A stretch of DNA of 63,896 nucleotides, counting the filler, from Aduncisulcus paluster (Eukaryota): NCBI GenBank assembly GCA_024181965.1. It is 9 parts of 9 records of this genome, joined end to end, with 100 filler letters (N's around TTAATTAATTAA, not from the genome) between each part and the next. Parts side by side here need not be neighbours in the genome. Positions count along the whole stretch, not along the records: positions 1 to 12,376 come from BQXS01000163.1; 8 more parts are not named here. The stretch is one strand, 5' to 3'. Both the position numbers and the translations under genes were made by a program. Positions within the stretch are counted from its first letter, which is position 1. Each line of letters opens with the position of its first letter. The notes under the pieces are model-generated. The model was not told the origin of the DNA and searched no databases. It saw only the letters and a list, made by a program, of their open reading frames with translations. Shown piece after piece: positions 1 through 11,871 of the stretch.

Positions 1-1
1 A

Positions 2-2086
2 GACCGTTGTTCACGACTTTGGTTTGTATTCCATCCTGTCTTGGATGTTGTGAAGGATATTGACATTCCACTTGATGAAGATTATGAAACAGATCTCTGT
101 TCACTTGATGTTGATATTCTAATATCATGCATTTCATTCTTTTCTCATTTGTGTTGCATCCCTTCCCAAGCCATCGAAGTCTGTAATAATATCAAAGATG
201 GACTTCTTGATGGATGGTTGGAGTTAGCAAAGAGAATCAAAAAATATGAGAGGAATAATAATGTTATTGAATGCCTGTTTAAACTTATTTCCATGTTTCC
301 TGCTGTCCCAGAGCTTATTCCATATATTGCTCGGAAATACGATGAAATTGTGGGGTGGTATCACAGTGATGATGGAAGTGTGAATGAGATGTATGAAAAA
401 TATTTGACAGAAGTATGTGCATCAAGATATTTTATCGAGCATGATTCTCGTCTAAAGAAGTTATCAGACGATATCGAAACAATTACCAAGAAATCAATGG
501 ATTCAGAAGAACCTTTAAAACTATACCCTGAACATAAAGAGATCATTGAAGAACTTGCAAAGGAAAACTCCTATTTTATCAGACTTCCTTTACTTACCCT
601 TATCAAACCATTTCTTATAAATATGTTGAAAAGCCCAGATTATTCAGGATTATTCAGTAGTGATCTTTCTTGGTCTTTCATTTTGATTGAAATAACAAAA
701 CCACAGCATTATCATCCATACTTACGTCAATTATCAAATTCTCCTGATTGGGCTCCAAGGTCGTGGATATGTTATCCAAAATCCCTGTGTTCAGAAGCTT
801 GGTCTCTCTTCCACCCTGTTATTACTCGATTTGCTGGGGAATTTAAACGTTATTTCTCAACTTTTTGCTCAAATATTCTTGAATATTTTGCCAATTTATG
901 TTATGATCCTTCTCATGCAGTTGAAGTGTTTGAAAGTATCAAAGACTATCTTGATCTTTGGTTCGAAGGGATTGTAGAAATATACAGACTTCATCACAAA
1001 ACTGATCCTAGACGTTGGTCGGTACTATTTGCATTGTTATCGACAAATTCATCTCTCATTCCGTATTTATCACCAAAATATGATGAGACGGTAATATGGG
1101 CTTTGCGGGGTAATCCATGGAGCTGCTGGCATTTATCTCCCCAAAAACTTCTTCAATATCCCTTAAATGTGAGTTCTTACCTTTCAACTTCTCATACTCA
1201 GAAATATTTCTATTCAATTCCATTTGTGTGTTTAATCCCAACGATAGAAACCTTCTCTTCTCAATTGCCTTGTCGATCTTTCGGTTCAAATTTTGCTTGC
1301 CATATACCTCTTGGGATTAAAGTAATTTTCATCTATCAACGAAATGAAGATCGAGCGGAATTATATTATTCTTTTTCAGGAGCCTCTGCAGATCTAAAAT
1401 CCCTCAAAACTGTGAAATATTTCTATCAATTTGGACTAGAGAATGAAGAAATCCAAGATCTCCCAGAGTATATCACACATTCTTCTCTTATTCGGTACAA
1501 ACCAGCTCATCACATACTTACATTCATGAAATTAGATGAAGAAAGATCCTTGAGACAATCTTTGTATGATTTTGTTGAACAAACGAGTGCAGGGGTGGAG
1601 CTTCTATTTGATGAACAAACTTGTTCATTCGAAGGGTACGATCAAGATGAATGGAGGAAAGAAATGGAAGATCGAGCGGAATTATATTATTCTTTTTCAG
1701 GAGCCTCTGCAGATCTAAAATCCCTCAAAACTGTGAAATATTTCTATCAATTTGGACTAGAGAATGAAGAAATCCAAGATCTCCCAGAGTATATCACACA
1801 TTCTTCTCTTATTCGGTACAAACCAGCTCATCACATACTTACATTCATGAAATTAGATGAAGAAAGATCCTTGAGACAATCTTTGTATGATTTTGTTGAA
1901 CAAACGAGTGCAGGGGTGGAGCTTCTATTTGATGAACAAACTTGTTCATTCGAAGGGTACGATCAAGATGAATGGAGGAAAGAAATGGAAGATTTAGCAT
2001 CAAACATGCTTGAAATTGAAGAAGTGGAGAAATCTGGCACTGACGCTTTTGACTGGTTTATTGGGGATGAGTATGCTAGATTCTAA
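2..2086 (+). CDS. Lineage-specific helical-repeat hypothetical protein (5' partial; contains a 321-bp tandem duplication)
   Basis: The frame is open from base 2 (DRCSRLWFVFHPV...). Diverged internal protein repeat: 'FSHLCCIPSQAIEVCNNIKD..W..KLISMF...LIPYIARKYDE' vs 'FANLCYDPSHAVEVFESIKD..W..VLFALL...LIPYLSPKYDE'. Ends at TAA 2086. Confidence 0.75.
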   Translation, partial: DRCSRLWFVFHPVLDVVKDIDIPLDEDYETDLCSLDVDILISCISFFSHLCCIPSQAIEVCNNIKDGLLDGWLELAKRIKKYERNNNVIECLFKLISMFPAVPELIPYIARKYDEIVGWYHSDDGSVNEMYEKYLTEVCASRYFIEHDSRLKKLSDDIETITKKSMDSEEPLKLYPEHKEIIEELAKENSYFIRLPLLTLIKPFLINMLKSPDYSGLFSSDLSWSFILIEITKPQHYHPYLRQLSNSPDWAPRSWICYPKSLCSEAWSLFHPVITRFAGEFKRYFSTFCSNILEYFANLCYDPSHAVEVFESIKDYLDLWFEGIVEIYRLHHKTDPRRWSVLFALLSTNSSLIPYLSPKYDETVIWALRGNPWSCWHLSPQKLLQYPLNVSSYLSTSHTQKYFYSIPFVCLIPTIETFSSQLPCRSFGSNFACHIPLGIKVIFIYQRNEDRAELYYSFSGASADLKSLKTVKYFYQFGLENEEIQDLPEYITHSSLIRYKPAHHILTFMKLDEERSLRQSLYDFVEQTSAGVELLFDEQTCSFEGYDQDEWRKEMEDRAELYYSFSGASADLKSLKTVKYFYQFGLENEEIQDLPEYITHSSLIRYKPAHHILTFMKLDEERSLRQSLYDFVEQTSAGVELLFDEQTCSFEGYDQDEWRKEMEDLASNMLEIEEVEKSGTDAFDWFIGDEYARF
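1346..1993. repeat. Exact tandem duplication, period 321 bp, probable assembly artefact
   Basis: 1346-1672 is repeated at 1667-1993, with GAAGAT microhomology at the junction. Confidence 0.85.
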
Positions 2087-2487
2087 TCGCAGTTTTTTCA
2101 ATAATTAACGATTTACTCCAAGAAATGTCAATATAGTTGTTCTTCTGAGCATTTCAAAATGTCTTCATCTATTTTTAGAAAATCTATTTTTGGAATTCCA
2201 ATTTTGAATATGAAGCCAAAAAAAGGTTTGTTGGTCAATAAGCACGTTGCGCAACTACAAAGTTGTTACAAATAAACGTAACATGTTGTTTCCAAACAAT
2301 GATTCGTTATTTCGAGAAGACGAGCCTTGTTTTGAAACAGTGTTTAAAACATGAATATAATTCTTTTTATTGGCTCCGCTTTTTATTGAATTTAGAACAA
2401 AATTTTAAATTTTCTTTGGTGGAAAAATTAGAATAAATTTGTTCCATATGCTTATAAATAACAACATTGTTGTTACAACAATGAGAA

Positions 2488-3624
2488 TTATCTTGCTCCA
2501 CACCTCTTTTTTACATATTCACAGCACCTTATAGCCCATTTCATATCGTCAGAATCCTCATCAAGGACTTCACGGAGGATATCTACACCGGTGACGGTCT
2601 TTGAATAAGCATCTCCTCTTTCCTCGGGAGTACCAGTGACAAGAGCTAGGCATCCAAGCACAACAAACATCTTCCCTGCACGTTCTTTATCTCCATTCTT
2701 CTTCTGCAACTGTGCAAGCCGTTCCAGCATAACACGTGGTTCAGCTGCCTCACCTCCTTCCAAAGGGAATTCCTCTTCATCGAAGATAGTCTTGTCAAGG
2801 GCCTTACGAAGGAACATTGCAGCCTTATCAAAGAACTTGACACTCTTCTTATTCTCACCAGTTTTTAAAAATAGATTACCTAGATGACAGAAGGCAACGG
2901 CAGTATGGGCACTATCGGGACCACCAGAGGATAGAGCAGAAAGGTAGGTATCGTGGGCAGTTTCAATAATTGCAGATTTAAAATCTTTTTGGAAAGCATG
3001 AAGTTTACCAGTCTGCCGATGTAGTTTACCTCTTAACCTAACTAGAGCTTGGACCTTTGGATCATCCATGTCTGAAAATACAGGTTCAGATGTATGAAGA
3101 ACGGATGAATGTTGAAGAATAATCCACCGGGCACTAGCGAGAGCTGTTTCAGCAAGCTCAAGATATCCACGACCCATGGCAGCTTCACCGACTTGTAAGT
3201 ATGCCGGAACAAGTTGAGGGGAGGATGGATCAAATAATTCACGCGCGAGTGATAAGGATAGCCGAGCTCCAGGAAGAGCTTGAACATATTCCTGACGAGA
3301 CAAAAAGGCAGATGCTTGATTCACAGCCTCAGCTCGACATTTTTCCTTAATTTTACGCATTTTCTCTTCATAATCCTTTCTTTGAGCCTCAGATGTTATC
3401 TCTGGTGGCTCACCACGAAGTTGAGCCAAATAGGAACAAACAATCGAATGAACTCCGATATAATCCGTCTTATGATGTTCTTTTGAACAATAAAAAACAA
3501 CTCGACAGGAAGGACACATATATTTAGCCCCCTTACCACATAATTTGCACACTCTTTTAGTTCCTTTGCTAAAACTGAGTGGATTGATTTGTATTGGTTC
3601 TGGAATAACCATTTTATGTTCCAT
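2488..3624 (-). CDS. ZMYND12: Zinc finger MYND + TPR protein, ZMYND12/dynein p38-like
   Basis: 'QINPLS..KGTKRVCKLCGKGAKYMCPSCRVVFYCSKEHHKTDYIGVHSIVC' MYND finger, then TPR-like helices ('QLVPAYLQVGEAAMG', 'KLHRQTGKLH', 'AHDTYLSAL..GPDSAHTAVAFCHLGNLF'). First ATG at 3624. Confidence 0.8.
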   Translation of the reverse strand: MEHKMVIPEPIQINPLSFSKGTKRVCKLCGKGAKYMCPSCRVVFYCSKEHHKTDYIGVHSIVCSYLAQLRGEPPEITSEAQRKDYEEKMRKIKEKCRAEAVNQASAFLSRQEYVQALPGARLSLSLARELFDPSSPQLVPAYLQVGEAAMGRGYLELAETALASARWIILQHSSVLHTSEPVFSDMDDPKVQALVRLRGKLHRQTGKLHAFQKDFKSAIIETAHDTYLSALSSGGPDSAHTAVAFCHLGNLFLKTGENKKSVKFFDKAAMFLRKALDKTIFDEEEFPLEGGEAAEPRVMLERLAQLQKKNGDKERAGKMFVVLGCLALVTGTPEERGDAYSKTVTGVDILREVLDEDSDDMKWAIRCCEYVKKRCGAR

Positions 3625-3858
3625 TTTCAATATTTTTTAAAGATTTTTCGTAAATATGATGGTCTTTGTGACAAAAGCCTCTGAAAGAATATTTCTCATC
3701 AATTACTATCTTAAATACATGTTAGATCCTCATTCAAATTTGAAAATCGCAATTTAATAATATAAAATTTCTTGTTTACTGAAAAACCTCAATTAACCCC
3801 TTGAAAACGGAATCTTGAAAAATAATCGGTTAATCAATTAAATATTCGATATAATAGC

Positions 3859-4656
3859 TTACAAAATACTTGAAGACAATGATGCTAACCTTTGTAGTCT
3901 TGCATAAACCTTGCCTGGAGGACTACCCATAATTATTTCAGATATAGCTCTCTTTGCAATTCGTATTCTTTCGTAACTCCCCAAAATATGCACTCTATGT
4001 CCAGCAATAACAATTCTTGTACTTGTAGCTGTTTCAATTTTTTTCTTAACCTCACCACCTTTGCATCAAACATGCTTGAAATTGAAGAAGTGGAGANNNN
4101 NNNNNNNNNNNNNNNNTGCATAAACCTTGCCTGGAGGACTACCCATAATTATTTCAGATATAGCTCTCTTTGCAATTCGTATTCTTTCGTAACTCCCCAA
4201 AATATGCACTCTATGTCCAGCAATAACAATTCTTGTACTTGTAGCTGTTTCAATTTTTTTCTTAACCTCACCACCTTTTCCAGAGACACGACCAATAGCT
4301 CGGGATAAATGATCACCTTTAATAAGCTTTACATCTTCGAAAGCAAAACTATCAACAAATAAATCATCCAATCTAACCAGTGCTAAGGCATCTTCAACAG
4401 CAAATCCAACCAAAAAGGCTTGAACAAACTCGGTAGCTTTCTGGAGAGCATCATGGCGAACGGTATTTTGATTTGTCCTCATTTCAATTATTCTTCTTCT
4501 TGAAATGATTCGGATATCTAATTTAAGCTGTTCTACAATAGGAGAATATATTTCCATCCAATTCTTCCTTAAAGGTGTAAAACGATGAGAAGGAACAATT
4601 ATTTTACGTTCTTGAATTTCTACTACTTTCTTGGGCTCCAATGATTCTTTTGACAT
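3859..4656 (-). CDS. PNO1: Pre-rRNA processing KH-domain protein PNO1/Dim2 (interrupted by gap duplication)
   Basis: 'RKIIVPSHRFTPLRKNWMEIYSPIVEQLKLDIR', 'GDHLSRAIGRVSGKGG', 'IMGSPPGKVY'. The true C-terminus (..VYARLQRLASLSSSIL*) lies in the duplicated copy ending at TAA 3859-3861. Confidence 0.95.
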
Positions 4657-5177
4657 AGGTATTTCACAAACAGCACAGAACCAATCGAATGATTGGATTG
4701 AGATCTATCCAAAATCGATAATATGGCATTTATTCAAATTTTAAAAGCATAATCTTGATATAGATGGAGCTAAGATATTTATTTACTCTTTAGAAATAAT
4801 CATAGCTTTCATTCTTGAGATGAAATAACTAGTCACTCTCTTGTGACCGAAATATTAACGGTTTTCATTGCATTATGGATGTACTTAAATCTTACAAGAA
4901 TATAAAATACATATATGATGTTATTATTAGTATTTAATTATTATATCCCCGAGAATATTGTCCGAGCCTTATCTCGTGAACTACAGATTTTGAATGCAAT
5001 TAAACAAGGTTTTACAGGTTAACCGTAATACAAATTCATCTCATTTTATTTTACTTATTGATTAAGTCATTCTGATATCTTGAATGAGTTCGCATTTTTT
5101 TTGGTCTTTCATTTTTTTATAAATTGGCCTTATGATTTCGATCATCATTTATAATTTGCTTATTTTATTGTAAAAAT

Positions 5178-8100
5178 ATGGTATATATTCTCTCTTTGCG
5201 TTCATTTTGGATTGATTCTCTCTCGTTAGATCATATTGTCTCCGAATCTTTGTATTCTCAACATATGGGGGAACCTTTTTCGTATAAAAATCTTTTAATT
5301 AATGAAAATGAAAAGAAAAAAGAAGAACAACAGCCTGAAAACCTCCATTCTAATCCGATTTCTCCGTCCAATCACTCCAATGGCGTGTCAAAATCTCATA
5401 TTCAGGGTTTAGTTGAGATAAAAGAACATGTTTTATCTCTTTTTGAGAAAGAGGAGTCCCCTGAAATTATTTTTAAATACCTTTCAACGTATTTCCCATG
5501 TCTTTTCTCCTCTTCTGGATTTTCAATTATTCTGGCCCAATATTTCATCCTATTTTTATCAAAATCCATGGCTGAGGGTGATGCATTGCGAATATTTATG
5601 GATCATGTCAAGTCCAAGACCAAATGGTTCCCTAACCTCGCGGTTGATCCCGATCGAACCATTGTCCTGTCTTGTTTGATCGATAAAAAGATCTCTTTTG
5701 ATGGAATAAGATGCCAGATAGTTGAGATGTTATCTAGAAATATTCATGATCGATGTGTAAACCCTGTGACGACAAAAGATATTCAGAAACAGATAGAAGA
5801 AGTCAAGAAGAAAATAGATTCCAGAAAAGTTGCTGAGAGTGAAATTGATTCAGACAAAGCCGGAATTGATGGTCAAAATTCAACCTGTGCGTGTCCAATT
5901 GCAACAAAGGATCATCCTTCACGAATTATCCAGTCTTCTGAATCCTCCTCTCCACTCTCGATGTTTCTCATTGGATTGTTTTCTTTATCTCCTTCCGGTT
6001 CCCCAATATGTCGATGTGTGTGCACTCTCCCTGTTGTTCAAGGAGATACTGATACCTCAACATCACGTGTTGATCGGTGTCTGATTAAGAATGTTGTAAG
6101 TCAGCAATGTATGGGGGTTCTGTGTTGGCAAACCCTCAGTTTATGTAATGTTTATGATTCCAAAATTAGATTCAATGAGAAATTTGTTCAGAAGCTTCAT
6201 GAATCGCTCGGACGATGTGAAAAATACTATCGGATCATTTTGTATTATGAGAGATACAAGAAAGAATCTCTTCTCGAACTCGGTAAAATATTGAAAAAAA
6301 CACATGCTCCGTTATCGTTATCTTTTGTTTTTAACGTTACCTTGGGCATTGTCTCTGATCTTCTGAAAATATTTCAAATAACACCTTCTTCTCTAATTAC
6401 AACAAGCTCTGAAGCATTCGAAGAAAGAGGAGGTGAAGGGAAGAAATTGCTGGTTGTAGCAATCCTCAAAAAACATTCATCGTTGATAGCTTCATATCTA
6501 TCTCGTTTAACGCCATCTGAAAAAATTCCTATTTCAAAATGTTCTAAAAATAGAATTTCTAAAAATAGTTTTTTGTATTTTCGAAAGTTATTTTCCTTTC
6601 ATATTAATAATGAATCCATCAATTTTCTGTCATCTATTTTCATGAATTTACTTCAAATCACTGCTTCTCATGAAAAAGTGGAACTATTCCATTCTCAACT
6701 TCAGTTATTGTTTTCTCCTGGAAGAGAAACCATCAACAATACATTTTCAATGATTCTTTCTCTGATTTCTAAATCATTATTTCGTCAATATCGCATCCTT
6801 TGTGGTGGCTTTGGGTTCATTTCCCTCCTCTCCGATATGTTTGAACTGCACTGGAATCATCAATTGCTTGATCTTAAATCGGCGAAGAGTCCTCCCGATG
6901 GTGTTTCAACAGCAAAAGAAGAACAGGATACGATTGATGAAGGAGAGACAGAGGAAACAACTCAGATTGCTAATGTGAGTTCTTCATCATCAGCTTCATT
7001 GCCTGTTCCCTCACCAATCTTGCTAATCCAAGGATTATGTTATTCTCTTTCTCACATTGTTTCTCATTCTATTTTGGATGGATTCAAAGAGGAGGAAAAA
7101 AATGAGGAAGAAGAAGGAGAAGAAGCAGAGATTCCTCCTGTGCCGGATCACTCTTCAGATAAATTTCTCAGAAGTTCTAAAAATAGAAATATCAATAATG
7201 GTTACTCTTTTGATGAATTATCTATTTTTATCAGAAAGCTTATCTGTTTCGTTCCCGTGTTGGATCTTTCCGTTCTCCCTAATCCACCTCAAAAAAAGCC
7301 TCATTTTTATAAAGATGAATATATTTTGAATATTTTAGGCAAAAGTGATGGAATGTTGTGGAAAAAAGAGTGGATATTTGAAGAAACCAAAAGAAAGGAT
7401 CCCATTTCCAAGGGCAAAGGAAAAACTGCGAACAATATTCATAGAAAATCAACCACTCTTGGATCTGTCAAATCCAGTTCTCATAGTTCTTCCTCCCAAC
7501 CTCCCCACTCTTCCTCTAACGATTACTACTCGTCCCCAACGCCTTCCCCTCTTCCTCTGTATCTCTCTGGCCGTCGTCGTCCTCCCTCTCGAAGAGTATT
7601 TCACCAGTATCCGCATGAGTACTCAAGCGCTATAGCTCATCATACAACTCCCATCCACTCATCTCACTCCTCTATGATGCATTCCCCTTTCGTAGAGTCT
7701 GACGATATGAGAGATTATTTTATTCATAGACGAGAAATGCTCGATGTATCTCCAAGATGGGTTCATATTCGACACCAAAGGGATATTATTAGCGACTCTG
7801 ATGTCCATTTGCCTCATAATTTAAGAAGTAATTATGGAAACGAAGGAGCAATCCCTGAAGTTCCTACTCATTCTCACACAACTTTTGGCCCAACTAGATA
7901 CCATCATATCATACCCGGAGTGGATTCAATGCCTATTATAAGAGAAAGGGATGATCATATGCGCGATTCTTCAATGATTCATGTTCATGATATTCACCAG
8001 GAATCGAGTGAGCACCATATTGACTCAAGAAGTGGTTTGATTGAGGATAGACCGAGTGATGGGGTGTCAATCAGTCCAAGAGAAGTGATTACTCATAGCA

Positions 8101-9008
8101 GTAGTCAGTTGTTTTCCAACCCATCACGCTCTTCTTCCATCACTACCTCTCAAATTAGTGGATTTATAAGCAGCAGCGGTGTTGTGAACAATGAAGAAGC
8201 CGAAGAAGAATTTGTTGAAGGACGAGTCCATGAAGAATCTTCGAGTGACGATTCTGTTGATCCGTATTCTCCAAGAATTCATTCACATATCATTGCTGAC
8301 ATATCGCATGATCCCCTATCAAGTAACACGAATCGGAGTCTTGAGAATCCCATAAGTAGTGATAGTACCGAGATAATTGAAGCTTTTCCAGCGAGCGAAG
8401 AACAAATGGATTCAAGAAGTCCAATTCAACCTTCATCGATCAGTTCAACAACCCCTTCCTCCGACCCAATGAAAAGTGGCTTATCTGGGAATATTTCAAG
8501 TGGTGATATCATTACAACATATATAGTTTCTGATGCTTCACAGAGCAAGACGCCACATGACCCTTCAGATGATTGTCGAATCTCATTGGCTCAGATTCCT
8601 GGCATTTACTCTCTCAAGAATGATCCATCTCCAATTCTCTTCTTCTTTGAACCTCACACGCTCGAAATAATGACACATCATTATATCGCATTTCCAAATC
8701 CATTCCAACTTCCAAATTTACGTATAGAACGGCCATCGATTATTTCTCAAGCATATTCAAAAGAGGAAGAATCAGGCCAGAAAGCAAGCCAAGGAACAGG
8801 CGGCGATGTGTCATCGAAGAAGACGGTAGATATTGACGAACATGATCATGTTGCCGATGAGTTTGTTCCAGCTATTCGCCAAGAAGGGAATTATTCTCCA
8901 CAAGTGCGACAGTTATCAGAAATATTAGCAATTCCACTCGATGTGGCCGAGGCTTTACTACAAGCATATTCATCCATTCAAGAGATAATTGACGATATAA
9001 TTGCTTGA
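5178..9008 (+). CDS. Large hypothetical protein with Ser/His-rich disordered region and C-terminal UBA-like helix bundle
   Basis: 1276-aa uninterrupted ORF. The C-terminus 'QVRQLSEILAIPLDVAEALLQAYSSIQEIIDDII' has the UBA/CUE-like three-helix pattern. Confidence 0.7.
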   Translation: MVYILSLRSFWIDSLSLDHIVSESLYSQHMGEPFSYKNLLINENEKKKEEQQPENLHSNPISPSNHSNGVSKSHIQGLVEIKEHVLSLFEKEESPEIIFKYLSTYFPCLFSSSGFSIILAQYFILFLSKSMAEGDALRIFMDHVKSKTKWFPNLAVDPDRTIVLSCLIDKKISFDGIRCQIVEMLSRNIHDRCVNPVTTKDIQKQIEEVKKKIDSRKVAESEIDSDKAGIDGQNSTCACPIATKDHPSRIIQSSESSSPLSMFLIGLFSLSPSGSPICRCVCTLPVVQGDTDTSTSRVDRCLIKNVVSQQCMGVLCWQTLSLCNVYDSKIRFNEKFVQKLHESLGRCEKYYRIILYYERYKKESLLELGKILKKTHAPLSLSFVFNVTLGIVSDLLKIFQITPSSLITTSSEAFEERGGEGKKLLVVAILKKHSSLIASYLSRLTPSEKIPISKCSKNRISKNSFLYFRKLFSFHINNESINFLSSIFMNLLQITASHEKVELFHSQLQLLFSPGRETINNTFSMILSLISKSLFRQYRILCGGFGFISLLSDMFELHWNHQLLDLKSAKSPPDGVSTAKEEQDTIDEGETEETTQIANVSSSSSASLPVPSPILLIQGLCYSLSHIVSHSILDGFKEEEKNEEEEGEEAEIPPVPDHSSDKFLRSSKNRNINNGYSFDELSIFIRKLICFVPVLDLSVLPNPPQKKPHFYKDEYILNILGKSDGMLWKKEWIFEETKRKDPISKGKGKTANNIHRKSTTLGSVKSSSHSSSSQPPHSSSNDYYSSPTPSPLPLYLSGRRRPPSRRVFHQYPHEYSSAIAHHTTPIHSSHSSMMHSPFVESDDMRDYFIHRREMLDVSPRWVHIRHQRDIISDSDVHLPHNLRSNYGNEGAIPEVPTHSHTTFGPTRYHHIIPGVDSMPIIRERDDHMRDSSMIHVHDIHQESSEHHIDSRSGLIEDRPSDGVSISPREVITHSSSQLFSNPSRSSSITTSQISGFISSSGVVNNEEAEEEFVEGRVHEESSSDDSVDPYSPRIHSHIIADISHDPLSSNTNRSLENPISSDSTEIIEAFPASEEQMDSRSPIQPSSISSTTPSSDPMKSGLSGNISSGDIITTYIVSDASQSKTPHDPSDDCRISLAQIPGIYSLKNDPSPILFFFEPHTLEIMTHHYIAFPNPFQLPNLRIERPSIISQAYSKEEESGQKASQGTGGDVSSKKTVDIDEHDHVADEFVPAIRQEGNYSPQVRQLSEILAIPLDVAEALLQAYSSIQEIIDDIIA

Positions 9009-9315
9009 TCTAATCAGTATTTCCACCAATGGGTGAGCCTAGAGTAAGTATACACCTCAGAACGAGATTTCCACAAATCACGACAAATAATTAAGAGTTT
9101 AGAAATAAATCCTAAGAGAAAAAATGAATGTTTACGGAGGAATTTATACCTCTTATGATATGACCTAATCATATCTGACCAGAGAAGATGAAGGGAAAAG
9201 AAACTAAATATTTAGTAAATATTTTATATATAAATTATAATATATGCATATAGCGAATGCTTATACACAGAAGATATCTAATAACAAAAAAAAAAGAAGA
9301 AACCTTACACAGATA

Positions 9316-10265
9316 CTATTTTTTAAGTGAACTAAGAGATACAACATTTCTGATGATTTCTATTAGTAACAAAACGAATGACTCTCCAACACCAGAAATA
9401 AGCGATTCCTCCTCTTCATCATCCAAGACAAACTTGAGTCTTGCAAAAACTCTTCGAAGCAAAGCCCAATTGCCTATTCTATTTCCATGTTGGATGCGGT
9501 CGATCTCATTAGCTTTGAAAACAACGGGAAAGCATGAAAACAACATATATGCGACATAAAACCCATCGGATAGTAAGGAAACTACAAGATGAGGAGGAGT
9601 ATCAGACGAAATAAGACTCAAAATAGCAGGAGGGTTATGTTTAGTCATGCTGGACTTCAATAAAACAATCATTTCATTGAGATAAGCCTTCTCAATGGAT
9701 TCATCAGCGAGTTTAGCATCTGTAGGAGTCAAAAGACAAGCGATTGAAGGTGATCTTCCAGAGAATAAGCCTTCATCATCATTGGAATACTTCTTGGGAG
9801 AAATTCGACTTATTTTCTTTGCTGAAACAGCTAGAGCATCCTTCTTTGACTTTTTAGAAGAGTTTGAGCCAGAATACAGAGGTTTTGAGGATCGAATTGA
9901 AGGAGGAGAGCTCAAATCTTTAAGAGAGCCATGTTTAGATGGACCATCGTGTCTAGAGTCTTGTCCATTGAAGAACTTCTCTTGCTCTTCTGCGATTCGC
10001 TTCATTTCATCCAAATCTCGCTGTCTTTGTTCCTCTTCTTCTCTCTTCCTCCTCCTCCTCTCCTCTTCTCTCTTCCTCCTCCTCCTCTCCTCTTCTTCCT
10101 CTTTCCTTCTCCTCTCCTCTTCTTCTCTCCTTCTCTCTTCGATCAGTTTCAACTCATCCTCATCCTCCCCATACAGTAGCCAATTGAGTTTCTTGTCAGA
10201 GGCATGTCTCTGCACGATACCAGGAGATATATGCGGAGAAGAGGAAGGACCAACACACAGGGGGG

Positions 10266-10298
<33 letters not shown>

Positions 10299-10560
10299 TA
10301 ACTCCAAATGATGGAACTGAAGCTTTAGTTTTTATAATAGGGAGTTTAATGAGTGATTCTTGAACNNNNNNNNNNNNNNNNNNNNCTCTTCTTCCTCTTT
10401 CCTTCTCCTCTCCTCTTCTTCTCTCCTTCTCTCTTCGATCAGTTTCAACTCATCCTCATCCTCCCCATACAGTAGCCAATTGAGTTTCTTGTCAGAGGCA
10501 TGTCTCTGCACGATACCAGGAGATATATGCGGAGAAGAGGAAGGACCAACACACAGGGGG

Positions 10561-10591
<31 letters not shown>

Positions 10592-11522
10592 TAACTCCAA
10601 ATGATGGAACTGAAGCTTTAGTTTTTATAATAGGGAGTTTAATGAGTGATTCTTGAACTTGACGTGTGGGTGGAATATGACCACCAATTGGCATGGCTTT
10701 GGCATAAGATGTGGAATTACGACGAGTAATGGAATAGGACCCAACTTTCTTTGGTAAGAATGGCTTAGAACGTTGTTTTCTAAAGTTATGATGATATCCA
10801 ATGTCTGAAGGGGAGTTGTGGACAGAGTGAGAACCTAAGCTAGGAGAAGATGGAGACGTCCGTCCAGATCTGTGAGATGGGTTGGAAATATGTCCGCCAA
10901 TTGAAGGCTTTCGATCCATAGAACCAACAATAAAACGTGGAGATTGTGTTGGAGAATTCCCGCTTCGTTTTTCATATTTCTGAAATCGGTGTTTCTTCGG
11001 AGATGAATCGTGATATTTTTTATATTGGGGGATTTTACGGTAATCTTGAGACTGTTGAGCTCCTTTAGATTGAGGTAAGGGCGGAAGTGCTGGGAAAGAG
11101 GACCGTTTGGGCATTCGAGAAACACTGGGAACATGTCGAGACTTGAGATGCATTCTACTATATGAATTTCGAGGCTTTTGACTCGATAAAGAAGGGAGAG
11201 AAGCTATTTTAGGCGTGGAAATAAATTTTGATGATGATTTTTGCTTTAGTAATGGCAACTTACCAACTAGAGAAAGTGATTTCTTCCTCTCCTCTTCTAT
11301 TCGTTTTTCAATTTCAATAGCCTGTGCTGCTTTCTCAGTTTCGATGGAATCTAATTCTTGTTGGGCCTTTATCTCATCCTCTATGCGAATTAAACTTTCC
11401 ATTAACAATTTCTCTTCTGAGGCTTTCAGATCCAGCTCATTTTGAAGATTCATATCAATTTTTCCCGAGGAAGAACTCTTCTTCTTTCTCCTCCTTCTTT
11501 TCTTTTTGACAATATCATCCAT
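9316..11522 (-). CDS. Disordered/ER-K helix protein with C-terminal CH_2 (SPATA4/SPEF1-type) calponin-homology domain
   Basis: ORFs 10332-11522 and 9316-10215 join once the duplication around the N20 gap at 10366 is collapsed. The C-terminus 'LSDGFYVAYMLFSCFP...RIGNWALLRRVF..LKF' resembles CH_2 'SDGFLIAEIF..YYP...KLDNWAQL'. Confidence 0.65.
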
Positions 11523-11871
11523 AAATAATCAGTAAAAATGGATTAACTCTTAAGGTCGAAAATAGTAATATCAGAAGCTAAAAGGGTTTCAACGAAGTTA
11601 ATGGATGATTTTTGGAACTAATCGTTGTTATTAATAAATTGATTGTTCTTAATTCCAAGAAAAAGTGACGTTTTGAAAAATACTCCCCATTATCGGTTAA
11701 GTATTCATTTTAACAAGGAATCATAATAACACATTGAACTAACGATTTCTAAATCAATAATATAAAGCATATAAATACAATCAACTGTTTCATAACATTG
11801 AATGGCAACACTTGAACTTTATTTGACATAGATGAAAGAGAATATGATAATAAAAGCATAATATATATAAA

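Noticed and set aside
4063..4096. 34-bp copy of 1997-2030 inserted in PNO1 (resembling a spacer or templated insertion)
   Set aside because: It abuts an N-gap and derives from 2 kb away; best explained as a chimeric or mate-pair junction read.
4681..4696. Inverted CCAATC-gaat-GATTGG upstream of PNO1
   Set aside because: A 6-bp stem is expected by chance and is not repeated at other promoters in the window.
9695..10656. Long Ser/Leu-rich antisense ORFs (also at 19091, 22593, 34849 and others)
   Set aside because: Shadows of GAA/AGA-rich coding sequence on the opposite strand.
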